Of a stretch of 64,000 bases of DNA, positions 8,855 through 17,674 are shown piece by piece. Below the pieces are notes generated by a model, which worked only from the letters and a program-made list of their open reading frames with translations, was not told the DNA's origin and searched no databases. The stretch comes from Muribaculaceae bacterium (GTDB lineage Bacteria; Bacteroidota; Bacteroidia; Bacteroidales; Muribaculaceae): the NCBI GenBank assembly GCA_029061225.1, contig JAIDSM010000122.1:1909-65908 (forward strand), given 5' to 3'. Position 1 is the stretch's first letter. The number at the start of each line of letters is the position of its first letter. The position numbers and the translations under genes are program-made.

Positions 8855-9166
8855 ATGAAAATAGAAAATCTTCTATCAAAACCGGTGTGGCAGATGACCG
8901 GGGAAGAGCTACTGTTCCTCTCACGACAAACAGCCGACACCAGCATCCATACTGAAACCACCAAGGAGACTCCATCGGAAAAACGTTACGTTTACGGCAT
9001 CGCCGGAATATGTCACATCTTCTGTTGCAGCAAAGCAACTGCAATCCGTATTAAGAAAAGCGGAGTAATAGACAAGGCCATCACCCAAGTTGGCCGAAAG
9101 ATTGTGATTGACGCAGAACTTGCCTTGCAGCTTGCTTCCGCCAACCATGAACTCAACAAACGATAG
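8855..9166 (+). CDS. DUF3853 family excisionase-like HTH protein
   Basis: LLSKPVWQMTGEELLFL...YVYGIAGICHIFCCSKATAIRIKKSG...AITQVGRKIVIDAELAL; ATG at 8855 follows an A-rich leader. Confidence 0.85.
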   Translation: MKIENLLSKPVWQMTGEELLFLSRQTADTSIHTETTKETPSEKRYVYGIAGICHIFCCSKATAIRIKKSGVIDKAITQVGRKIVIDAELALQLASANHELNKR

Positions 9167-9391
9167 GAGCCTAACCTTAATCATTGGAATTTAGCTATGA
9201 GCTAAACCTATCCATATTATTCTGACCCAAACGTCCCAAAGTCCTTTCCTTACAAACCAAATCCTTTTTTACAAAAGGGAGAATAGTGTTGCCCCGCTAA
9301 TCGCCAAAAAAGAAAAAATAAAGATAATGTTAGGGGGATTTTTAAGGGGCAAAAGGTCTTTTGGGACAATTTAATACTCATCATTAAAACT

Positions 9392-10483
9392 TTGAATATG
9401 GAAAATATTAAAATTTCTGCAATGGAGTTTGACTCCATCGTGCCGGTCGATGACCTCTGTATGGCTGCCGGATTTGTCTGCAACTCTCAGCGTCGTGCTT
9501 TGAGACACTATGCTCTCCCTGATGGTCGGGAACTGACCGTGAACACTGCCCGTAACGAATGGGCTATGAAAAATCCGGACTGCTATGGCAGTGCATCACA
9601 GCTTGTCAAAAAACTTGGGTTAACAAGGTTGACAGAAGGTGACAATTTCGGAATGGCATTCTCACTTGTGGAGAAACTTTATACAGAGCGCGATAGTATT
9701 CCGCCAACATTCGGCTATATGCCAATTAGCAGACCGATATGGGATTTCACGGATACTTGCCATCCTAAAAATCGGGAACTCGGAAGACTGATGAACCGAT
9801 ACGGCCTGTCAATGGATAACGTTAAAATCCACACTCTTGAAGGCTCATTGCCTCATGTCAAGAGTCAGAAACCTGAGCGCGTCTTAGCTATGTCTGTTGG
9901 TGAGAATACTGATAGTTTCATGGCTTTCAACGGACAGGTGTTCCGACAAATCGGTGATGCCGGAATGAGCACGGTGGGACAACGCAGGAAAGACCAGACC
10001 TGTATGGTCTATGAAAATCCCCTCGACTTCCTTACCCTTATGGAATCGGTGATACGCAATAATGTCTACCCGATTATGGCTCGACGTTATCACATTATCT
10101 TAAATGGGAAGCGAGGGCTCGCCGAGGCTTGCGAATACCTGAAGTCTAATCCTGACTTTCTTGAGGTTCGTTGTTTTATGCCTCAAAATGAGTTTGGGCA
10201 GACAGCCTTCGCTGCCATAAATGATGCTGTGAAAGGGACTGCCATCGACCGCTCAGACCTGTTCCAAGGCTTCGGATCACTGTTTGAAAAGTACCGCCCG
10301 AAGGTGCCCGAATCTTACAGAAAATGGAAGACGGCTCAGATAAAGAAAGAAAACCAGGTTTACGTATCGGAGGCAGTGAATGTCGGACAAAAGGAAATGA
10401 CACCTAAGATCAAGAAACGGTCTTCGTCTGGTATGGAAAAGAGCGCGATTATCGACCGGAAGGAAGGAGGACTGAAGTTATGA
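9392..10483 (+). CDS. Degenerate primase-like (Toprim) protein
   Basis: CMVYENPLDFLT...IILNG...VRCFMPQNEFGQTA...DRSDLF follows the Bacteroidales Toprim pattern; the gene sits between xis and oriT. Confidence 0.55.
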   Translation: MNMENIKISAMEFDSIVPVDDLCMAAGFVCNSQRRALRHYALPDGRELTVNTARNEWAMKNPDCYGSASQLVKKLGLTRLTEGDNFGMAFSLVEKLYTERDSIPPTFGYMPISRPIWDFTDTCHPKNRELGRLMNRYGLSMDNVKIHTLEGSLPHVKSQKPERVLAMSVGENTDSFMAFNGQVFRQIGDAGMSTVGQRRKDQTCMVYENPLDFLTLMESVIRNNVYPIMARRYHIILNGKRGLAEACEYLKSNPDFLEVRCFMPQNEFGQTAFAAINDAVKGTAIDRSDLFQGFGSLFEKYRPKVPESYRKWKTAQIKKENQVYVSEAVNVGQKEMTPKIKKRSSSGMEKSAIIDRKEGGLKL

Positions 10484-10506
10484 AGGCCTTTTTGCTCTCT
10501 GGAATT

Positions 10507-10597
10507 CGGGTGGCTCTGCAAGATGTGTTTTTGTCAGACACTCCACTATCGCTCCGTCCTGAAAAAACACCCTTGCAAGGGGAAACCCCTCGACCCG
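10507..10597. other. Putative oriT region
   Basis: Long imperfect inverted repeat TGCAAGATGTGTTTTT...AAAAAACACCCTTGCA plus GGGGAAACCCC hairpin, immediately upstream of the relaxase. Confidence 0.6.
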
Positions 10598-10658
10598 ATT
10601 TGTCTAACAGACTACAATTGAAACCTGCGGTTTACAGTCGTGAAAATTTTGTCATAGA

Positions 10659-11723
10659 ATGAATGCAAGAGTTGGAAAATCGTCCGACATTTCCCATAGT
10701 CTGGGCTATGCGCAGAATCACGAGAAAGACGGTAGAATCCTGTTCGCCAATTTCACTGATCTATCAGCATCGCCGGAAGAACAGGCGCAGGATTGGATGG
10801 CAACAGCCAACGATTATAAGACGCAATGCTATACTATCATCATTTCATTCACTCCTGAAGAGACCGCAATGCTACGCTCGTTGCCCGACAACGGACGCGA
10901 TAAGGTCAGGACTATCATCAGAGATTTTCTTGAAGAGCTGTCGCAACGAGGAAACGATGTCTCAGAATGTCCGTATATAGTGGCTCGTCATGACAACACC
11001 GACAATGAGCATTATCACATCGTTATCCGAACTACCGATGTCAACGGCAAGCGGTTCTGCGACAAGTTCATAAACAAGAACGCTAACCGTGCTGCTGCCT
11101 GCATCGCAATGAAGTATGGTCTGGAGACAGCCCGAAAAGCTGCCGAACGTGAGAAGGCTCATCAGGAGGCGGAGGGCAAACGCCGGAAAGATAAGACAGC
11201 ACGCCAGCATAAGTCATCGGCTACTCAATCTCAGATAGATGAGAAGATGCGACGCAAACGAGCTGTCGAGGAGGCTCAGAAACGAAAAGCAACCCTCAAA
11301 TACCTGATTGAGAAAGCGGCCATAGGGACTACTGATTTTGTTGGGGCACTCGCCGCCGATGGTCTGACTTTATTCACAGATCCGAAAAAGGGTCTTTGTG
11401 TAAAAATGACTGATACTGATGGTAAGGAACGGAGTTACAGTCTGCAAAAAGATCTTGGCATTGACATGAGTATCATTCCTCCTGTCAGTATCACACCTCC
11501 AGGAACATCGCAGTCACCGGCAACCAAAGTTACCGCATCTTCGACAATGAACAAACCTTCTCAATCTTCTCCCTTGAAGCCAAAATCCCAGATTCCAGGG
11601 ACTGCAAATATCAAGGATAATCCTTCCGGCAGCTCTCGCAATGCAGAGTATGAGATTCGGGATGGTAAGGGCACTGATGATCCTGATGAAGAATGGGAAA
11701 GACGTAATGGATATAAAATGTAA
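10659..11723 (+). CDS. Relaxase/mobilization nuclease (MOBP-like)
   Basis: N-terminal Tyr (SLGYAQN), IIISF, His triad ARHDNTDNEHYHIV. Confidence 0.88.
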   Translation: MNARVGKSSDISHSLGYAQNHEKDGRILFANFTDLSASPEEQAQDWMATANDYKTQCYTIIISFTPEETAMLRSLPDNGRDKVRTIIRDFLEELSQRGNDVSECPYIVARHDNTDNEHYHIVIRTTDVNGKRFCDKFINKNANRAAACIAMKYGLETARKAAEREKAHQEAEGKRRKDKTARQHKSSATQSQIDEKMRRKRAVEEAQKRKATLKYLIEKAAIGTTDFVGALAADGLTLFTDPKKGLCVKMTDTDGKERSYSLQKDLGIDMSIIPPVSITPPGTSQSPATKVTASSTMNKPSQSSPLKPKSQIPGTANIKDNPSGSSRNAEYEIRDGKGTDDPDEEWERRNGYKM

Positions 11724-11735
11724 AAACAATATTGT

Positions 11736-12116
11736 ATGAAACACAAACCCTCAGTCCTGCAAGGCAGGCGTAAACATAATAACTCAGACGAAAACTTGTC
11801 TGAACGTATCACTTTCAGACTATCACCTATTGAGCGAAAGTCTCTTGAGGAGAAAGCCAAGGAACGAGGCTTGAAACTCAGCCTTCTATGTCGCCTCATT
11901 GTAATGCGTCGGAAAATCCCTGATCGTTCTCCTCAGACGCTACAGTGGTTCCGTGATCTCGTGGGTATGCAGAACAATCTTAACCAGATTGCTCACCATC
12001 TGAACATTACAAAAGAATCCGACCGATGGGCTATTGAGGCAATACGCTTCATTGCCGAAGAAATCAAAAAAGCAAAACACACCTTAACCACTAATAATTA
12101 TGAGCAATCCATTTGA
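11736..12116 (+). CDS. mobC: Mobilization relaxosome accessory protein MobC
   Basis: RHH-like ITFRLSPIER...LSLLCR and the NNLNQIAHHLN signature. Confidence 0.85.
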   Translation: MKHKPSVLQGRRKHNNSDENLSERITFRLSPIERKSLEEKAKERGLKLSLLCRLIVMRRKIPDRSPQTLQWFRDLVGMQNNLNQIAHHLNITKESDRWAIEAIRFIAEEIKKAKHTLTTNNYEQSI

Positions 12117-12780
12117 TAACGTGCCGTCCACAGCTGATGTGCCGGAAACAATTGATAAGAAAACATTAACCACCATGACCGCGTTGGTTGAGCGATTTGA
12201 GGCAGTAATAAGCCGAGAAGAAGCTGTAGCCAAGAATCAGGAAGAACTTGCCGGTGTTATGTTTGAGACATTCCTTGATGATGATGGATCTTTAAAAGAC
12301 TTCGCTCACTCTGCGGAGATAATCTCTGCCATTCGCCAAAACCAATCGGCTATGGACAGATACTGCGAACGCATCGAAAAAGCTCAACGAGAAATACCAT
12401 CAAGCATTGAGGCACACCTCTGCGATGAAGATCGCGAGCGCCTTGATACCAATTTCATTAGGTTGAAAAATCTGATCAAGCTCAATCTCCCTATAGTCAT
12501 AGGTATCGGCGCACTTGTCGGCATCTGCCTGATGGGGAGCATCATGGTCTGTAACTCTGCTGCAAACAAAAGACACAAATATGAGCAGCGCATAAACGAA
12601 CTCGACCGCTGGCATCAAGAAAATGCCGAGGCAATCTCCTTCGGGCAATTCTACCGTGAGAACTACCCAAAGAAGTACCGCGAATGGCAGACCGGACGCT
12701 GGCAGCAGGACATCGCCTACCGCGACTCCCTCATCCGTTCCCATTCCCTCGAACGCTTGAAATACCTCCACGAAGACTAA
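12100..12780 (+). CDS. Hypothetical coiled-coil protein with one TM segment, coupled to mobC
   Basis: 226-aa ORF overlapping the mobC stop; hydrophobic stretch LPIVIGIGALVGICLMGSIMVC. Confidence 0.7.
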   Translation: MSNPFDNVPSTADVPETIDKKTLTTMTALVERFEAVISREEAVAKNQEELAGVMFETFLDDDGSLKDFAHSAEIISAIRQNQSAMDRYCERIEKAQREIPSSIEAHLCDEDRERLDTNFIRLKNLIKLNLPIVIGIGALVGICLMGSIMVCNSAANKRHKYEQRINELDRWHQENAEAISFGQFYRENYPKKYREWQTGRWQQDIAYRDSLIRSHSLERLKYLHED

Positions 12781-12879
12781 TAACAACCCAAAAACAACTC
12801 TACACTCGACAAGTCTCATATTTGCCCCGGGTAGAGCTACTATTTTCGTACTCAGACTCTTGTCCAATTCAAATTTTCT

Positions 12880-13111
12880 TTGTAATTTTGCAACGTCAAT
12901 CGGAAGATTGGCAGAAACATATTGAATTAATAAGAGACGTTATGTCCTCTGCTTGTATGTGAAAAGCGTCGGAAACTTATCACACTGCGCAAGAGATGGC
13001 AGAACTGTCTCCACGTCATAAGGCGTGGAGCTGTTTTATTCCACCACTTCGCAAAAGGTAATCCGACCACCTTCACATAAAGGCGTGGCATAGCAGCCCA
13101 CGCCTCTTTTA
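12880..13111 (+). promoter_or_regulatory. Promoter plus long structured 5' leader ending in a terminator-like hairpin
   Basis: TAATTTTG at 12883; nested pairings TATGTGAA/TTCACATA, GTCGGA/TCCGAC and CTCCACGTC/GGCGTGGAG; then AGGCGTGG...CCACGCCT-CTTTTT at 13081-13111. Confidence 0.65.
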
Positions 13112-13151
13112 CTAATTTATTAAATTTGGGTTGCATTTGAAATAATTATAT

Positions 13152-13373
13152 ATGAGCAAGACAGCTAAATATTTAGTTTCTGCACTGGTGATATTTCTAT
13201 TTATCATCATTTTTGGTGCAATCGTTGGTATCAGCTCTGATGCTGGTCATTCCACTCCCGGTATTTTTGGCTTGATTGTGTTCGCCGGTTTAATAGGAGC
13301 ACTTCGTGCAATATGGAAATCAAAATCGTCAGACAACGATGATGATTCTGACAAAACTGCTTTGCAAAAATAG
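13152..13373 (+). CDS. Small two-TM membrane protein
   Basis: 73 aa with two hydrophobic helices and an acidic tail; first gene of a tight operon. Confidence 0.75.
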   Translation: MSKTAKYLVSALVIFLFIIIFGAIVGISSDAGHSTPGIFGLIVFAGLIGALRAIWKSKSSDNDDDSDKTALQK

Positions 13374-13376
13374 ACG

Positions 13377-13910
13377 ATGTTCGTTGATTATTACTCCATA
13401 TTGGAAATACAGTATCCATCTTCGCTCGATGAAGTAAAAAAATCTTATAGGCGATTGTCAATAAGATGGCATCCTGACAAAAATCGAGATATAGATACAT
13501 CCCAAAAGATGGTAGAAATCAACGAAGCTTACTATGTTCTCAAAGATGTTGAAAAGAAGTCTCGTTATGATGATGAATATCTCCATTTTCAACATCACGA
13601 GAATATTGTTAGAAATAAACAAGATCGCCATAATCCGCCTACATCCCACAACAATCATCATAACACTGATGATGTTAATTCTTTTGATTCACAACATGTT
13701 TATGGTAATTATCACTTTTACAATACCAAAGTAGAAGAAGATATAAACGAAGCACATCAATTCGTAAGGAAACTTGTAGATGAATTTCTTAAAGAATTAG
13801 AGGAGAATGCAAAACGTGCATCAAAAGGTGCATGGGAAGAAATGTGGCCTTATTTTATAGTAGTTCTAATTTTACCAATCTTATTCGCATTAATTCGTTC
13901 ATGTCAGTAA
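13377..13910 (+). CDS. J-domain (DnaJ-like) protein with C-terminal membrane anchor
   Basis: DYYSILEI...VKKSYRRLSIRWHPDKN...INEAYYVL...RYD; C-terminal TM segment. Confidence 0.9.
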   Translation: MFVDYYSILEIQYPSSLDEVKKSYRRLSIRWHPDKNRDIDTSQKMVEINEAYYVLKDVEKKSRYDDEYLHFQHHENIVRNKQDRHNPPTSHNNHHNTDDVNSFDSQHVYGNYHFYNTKVEEDINEAHQFVRKLVDEFLKELEENAKRASKGAWEEMWPYFIVVLILPILFALIRSCQ

Positions 13911-14833
13911 AAAATTTTATTACACTATTCTTTTTCTTGATATTTGTTAGCTGTGGAAATAAACATACTGAAACCACATGGAAAACATATACAAGTCAAG
14001 ATAAATCGTATTCAGTGGAAATCCCGTCAAATTTCTCACTTCATTCGAATGAAGTAGGCGGTTGGATGGCATTTCAAAAAATCTCACAAAATTCTAGTGA
14101 TGCGGCGTTTATAACCATCCAGCCAGTGACTAGCGGTTTTGCATCGTTTGATGAAGACTTATCGAAGAATCCAAAGTTTCAATATTCAGTATATAAGGAA
14201 TCACCTAACTTAAAATTTGCAGAATGTAGCAAGGGAATGTGGAGCGCTGTAAAACTTGGTATGTTAAAAGATATCGATGGTAGCCAATACCTAATTGTGT
14301 TAGATGCTCAAAACTCCAAAAGCACTTCAGAAGAAATAATTCAGCATATATTTGACACGATGGTAGATGGCGTTCCGGATTTGTCGCAAGGGAAACAAGA
14401 CTCAAAAGAAAGTGATTTAGAAAAATACTCTAATCCTTATCTAACTATTTTTTATCCCAAAGACTGGATAAAGGTAAATAATCCAGACCAAATGTCCGAT
14501 GTATACATCGGAGCAAAAGATGAAACTGTGGGATTTTCTATTGTGAGATTTGACACCGACGCTTCCTTGAGTCAAATCGTAAGAGAAGCTAAATCAGGTG
14601 CCGATTCTAACGGAATGAAGACAACTTATAATAAAAATCAAGTTGTTAATGGTATTGAATGTAATAAAATGGTTAATGAATATGACTACCAAGGTATTCC
14701 TATTAAAACCATCGCCTATACTTTCAAAAAAGGTAACACCTTATACTCAATAAAATTTGGGACTCAAAAACAATATGTAGACGCTAACATAGATTTGATA
14801 GAAAAAATCATAAATAGTTTTGAGATTAAATAA
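13901..14833 (+). CDS. Lipoprotein with two PsbP/Mog1-like domains
   Basis: Start at 13901 gives a signal peptide II (FLIFVS-C). Two similar domains begin WKTYTS..YSVEIP and LEKYSN..LTIFYPKDW and end IIQHIFDT / IEKIINSF. Confidence 0.65.
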   Translation: MSVKNFITLFFFLIFVSCGNKHTETTWKTYTSQDKSYSVEIPSNFSLHSNEVGGWMAFQKISQNSSDAAFITIQPVTSGFASFDEDLSKNPKFQYSVYKESPNLKFAECSKGMWSAVKLGMLKDIDGSQYLIVLDAQNSKSTSEEIIQHIFDTMVDGVPDLSQGKQDSKESDLEKYSNPYLTIFYPKDWIKVNNPDQMSDVYIGAKDETVGFSIVRFDTDASLSQIVREAKSGADSNGMKTTYNKNQVVNGIECNKMVNEYDYQGIPIKTIAYTFKKGNTLYSIKFGTQKQYVDANIDLIEKIINSFEIK

Positions 14834-14863
14834 CCCAAACAATCTCTTGTCTTTCCCGCATAG

Positions 14864-14904
14864 AGTGCTTTAACGTGCGTTCGCAGTACGTTAAAGCACT
14901 TTTT
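14864..14904 (+). terminator. Intrinsic terminator of the cargo operon
   Basis: AGTGCTTTAACGT...ACGTTAAAGCACT-TTTT. Confidence 0.8.
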
Positions 14905-14965
14905 CTATGCAGACAACCTCTATCAGTTTCAATGTGTCGTAAGGTTGGCGCGAATTTCCATAAGT

Positions 14966-15056
14966 TATTGTCTGAACACACTGGCATGAACACAGGGCAT
15001 ATTAAGACAAGGCAAAATAGAGTTGGCAAGGAGTTGTGTTCAGATTTGTGTTCAAA
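14966..15056. promoter_or_regulatory. Putative integrase arm-type binding sites (right arm)
   Basis: TATTGTCTGAACAC (14966), TGAACACA (14987), GGAGTTGTGTTCA (15030), TTGTGTTCAAA (15046). Confidence 0.65.
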
Positions 15057-15109
15057 GTAAAAGAAAAAGCAGCTGCGACTGTTGTCGTAACTGCTTGATT
15101 TTTAGACTG

Positions 15110-15183
15110 TGGTCCCACTTGGGCTTGAACCAAGGACTCCCTGATTATGAGTCAGGTGCTCTAACCAACTGAGCTATAGGACC
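15110..15183 (-). tRNA. tRNA with CAT anticodon, most like tRNA-Ile2 (lysidine); elongator Met not excluded
   Basis: Reverse complement GGTCCTATAGCTCAGTTGGTTAGAGCACCTGACTCATAATCAGGGAGTCCTTGGTTCAAGCCCAAGTGGGACCA folds to a cloverleaf; TAACTTTG promoter box upstream at ~15211-15218. Confidence 0.95.
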
Positions 15184-15400
15184 TACGCGTGTTTTGCGTT
15201 TTGCGACTGCAAAGTTACGCATTTATTTTGGATTATGCAAATGTTTTTGCAAAAACTTTTGATTTATCTCTAATATTTGTGTAATTTTGTATGGAATTTA
15301 ACTTGATAAGCGCGTCAGGACTGTGCGTGGCTATTTAAAGCCGTCCTTACATTTACTTTGTCGCGAGTAAGTAAAATTCACGATTCTCAATTATATAGTT

Positions 15401-16252
15401 ATGACCGTAAGAGAGGAATTAATAGAAGTCAGAAATCGACTGGATGGCATATTCGACCGTCGTGAACGCGAAAGTGTGATCCTGCTTATCTTCAGTTATG
15501 TCAAAGGCTGGAGTAGGGTAGACCTCATCATCAATGAAGGCGCGGAACTCTCGGAGTTTGCCAAGAAAGAAATTGACGGCATTGTTGACCGTCTCATACT
15601 TGGAGAACCGATTCAGTATATAACCGGGCAGGCTCGGTTCTATGGAATGGATTTCAACGTAGGCTCCGGAGTGTTGATTCCTCGGCCGGAGACGGAGGAA
15701 CTCGTAGACTGGATTGTGGATGACGCTAAAGGAAAGGAAGACCTTTCTGTACTCGATATTGGCACCGGATCAGGATGTATAGCAATCTCTTTGGCCCGAG
15801 CTCTCGCTTTTTTAAATGTTACTGCGCTCGACTTCAGTCAAGACGCCTTGAAATATGCGGAAGCTAACGCTAAGGATTTGAAGGCAAAAATCAGTTTCCT
15901 AAAGGCCGACATGTATGATTGGTTGCCTAAACCAGGGTCTCTCGATATTGTCGTTAGCAATCCTCCCTATATACATCCCGATGAAGCCGCCGACATGGAA
16001 GTGCGAGTCAAGGATTTTGAACCGCACGAAGCCCTTTTCGTTACAGCAGATCAGCCCATACTTCCTTATAAAAGGATAGAGGAGATAGCCAGACGTGGTC
16101 TTAAACCAGGAGGATCAGTATATCTTGAACTCAATCCAAGGTATTCGGAAGAAGTCAAGAACTACTACGAATCAAATATATGGGAGAGTGTCGAGTTACG
16201 CGTGGATTCATACGGTAAAAAGCGGTTCCTGAAAGCTGTAAAAACACTATAA
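15401..16252 (+). CDS. prmC: Release factor glutamine methyltransferase
   Basis: GEPIQYITG, VLIPRPETEE, LDIGTGSG, VSNPPY. Confidence 0.95.
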   Translation: MTVREELIEVRNRLDGIFDRRERESVILLIFSYVKGWSRVDLIINEGAELSEFAKKEIDGIVDRLILGEPIQYITGQARFYGMDFNVGSGVLIPRPETEELVDWIVDDAKGKEDLSVLDIGTGSGCIAISLARALAFLNVTALDFSQDALKYAEANAKDLKAKISFLKADMYDWLPKPGSLDIVVSNPPYIHPDEAADMEVRVKDFEPHEALFVTADQPILPYKRIEEIARRGLKPGGSVYLELNPRYSEEVKNYYESNIWESVELRVDSYGKKRFLKAVKTL

Positions 16253-16314
16253 AATACGATTTTGAAAAACCGTGCTCCATTAATTATTTCCTGTCTCAAT
16301 TACCAATATCAATT

Positions 16315-16797
16315 ATGGCAAAACGAAAACCTACTGCCGATGAAATGCTCGTGAGGATGGCCGGCCTGTGTGCCGCAGCCGAGCAGTGCGCGTCTGACAT
16401 AAGAAACAAGATATTGAAGCAAGGCTTTTCAGCGGAGCAGGCTGAAAGTATGGTGGATTATCTGAAGAAAAACAAATATCTTGACGATAACCGCTATGCT
16501 CGGGCATATGCCGTAGATAAGGTGCGCTTTTCCGGCTGGGGACGAATGAAAGTGCGAATGGGACTTCGCGCCAAGGGTATGGGCGATGCCGTCATCTCCC
16601 AGGCTTTGGAATATATCCCTGTTTCAGACTATGATGAAGCTCTCTCGAAAGTCATGGCGGCAAAAGCTAAGAATCTTGATTTGAAAGATGTGAAAGACCT
16701 GCAGAAGCTTTACCGCCATTTATCTTCGCGCGGTTTTGAATCTAATCTTATTGTCTCTGCAATGCGTAAAATGATGAAGGAATCACAGGAACGATGA
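16315..16797 (+). CDS. recX: Regulatory protein RecX
   Basis: YLDDNRYA...WGRMKV..L..KG...L.SRGF pattern; follows prmC. Confidence 0.85.
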   Translation: MAKRKPTADEMLVRMAGLCAAAEQCASDIRNKILKQGFSAEQAESMVDYLKKNKYLDDNRYARAYAVDKVRFSGWGRMKVRMGLRAKGMGDAVISQALEYIPVSDYDEALSKVMAAKAKNLDLKDVKDLQKLYRHLSSRGFESNLIVSAMRKMMKESQER

Positions 16798-17483
16798 AAG
16801 AAATATTTAGGGATATAGCCGATTTTTTCATGCCGCGCACGTGCCATCTTTGCGGCTGCTCGCTTCGCGATTCGGAGCGGGTCTTCTGCGTGCGGTGTAT
16901 CGAGACGCTTCCCCGTTCCCTCTATCATAGGATGCCGTTCAATCCTATGGAGCGTCGTTTTGCAGGCCTTGTGCCTTTTGTCCGGGCTACTGGATACTTC
17001 ATCTATTCTCGAAATTCCAATCTTGCCGACGCCATCCACGATATGAAATACCGTAGTTTTCCATCAGTCGGACATCGTCTGGGCGAGATCGTGGGCGATG
17101 AACTGCACATGTCAGGTTTTTTTGACGGTGCCGACTGTGTGGCAGGTGTGCCTATGCACTGGTGGAAAAAAGCGCGTCGTGGCTACAATCAGACCGACTT
17201 TATAGCGAAGGGTGTCGGAGAGGCTGCCGGACTCCCGGTGGTAGACGTGCTCGAAGCTGTGCGGACTCACAAGACCCAGACCGCCATGACGCTTGATCAG
17301 CGTCTCGCAAACCTTTCCGGTGCATTTAGGGTGAAGGATGCCGAAGCCTTGCGAGGAAAAGGTCTTGTGCTGGTGGATGATGTCTGTACTACCGGTTCCA
17401 CTCTTCGCTCTTTGGCTGCCGAAATCGCGGCAGCGATGCCCGACTGCCGGCTCTATCTTCTCTCGCTCTGCGTGACGGTGTAG
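16794..17483 (+). CDS. ComF family protein (Zn ribbon + PRTase-like)
   Basis: CxxC pairs, VPMH...RGYNQ, LVDDVCTTGST. Confidence 0.88.
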   Translation: MKEIFRDIADFFMPRTCHLCGCSLRDSERVFCVRCIETLPRSLYHRMPFNPMERRFAGLVPFVRATGYFIYSRNSNLADAIHDMKYRSFPSVGHRLGEIVGDELHMSGFFDGADCVAGVPMHWWKKARRGYNQTDFIAKGVGEAAGLPVVDVLEAVRTHKTQTAMTLDQRLANLSGAFRVKDAEALRGKGLVLVDDVCTTGSTLRSLAAEIAAAMPDCRLYLLSLCVTV

Positions 17484-17674
17484 AGAGCCTCGGCGTCTTT
17501 ATATCCTAAAACTTGCAACTTAAAACTTACAACACTTCCTCAAAAAATATTAAAAAATATTTGCAGGTTTCTCCATAATGTCGTAATTTTGCGTTATAAT
17601 TGGCAGAATATGTTGATTAAGCAGAAACTCTCCTCCGCAAAACCATCATCTCTTCTCCGCAAAAATGTGATATT

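Larger units (their letters stand above)
4969..15152. mobile_element. ~10.1-kb integrative mobilizable element inserted in tRNA(CAT)
   Basis: 45-bp direct repeats, integrase at one end, shared TGTGTTCA motifs at both ends, DUF3853, Toprim-like gene, oriT-like hairpin, relaxase and MobC; no T4SS genes. Confidence 0.9.

Noticed and set aside
10480-10662. 60-aa ORF between the Toprim-like gene and the relaxase
   Set aside because: Overlaps the oriT-like inverted repeats; no protein features.
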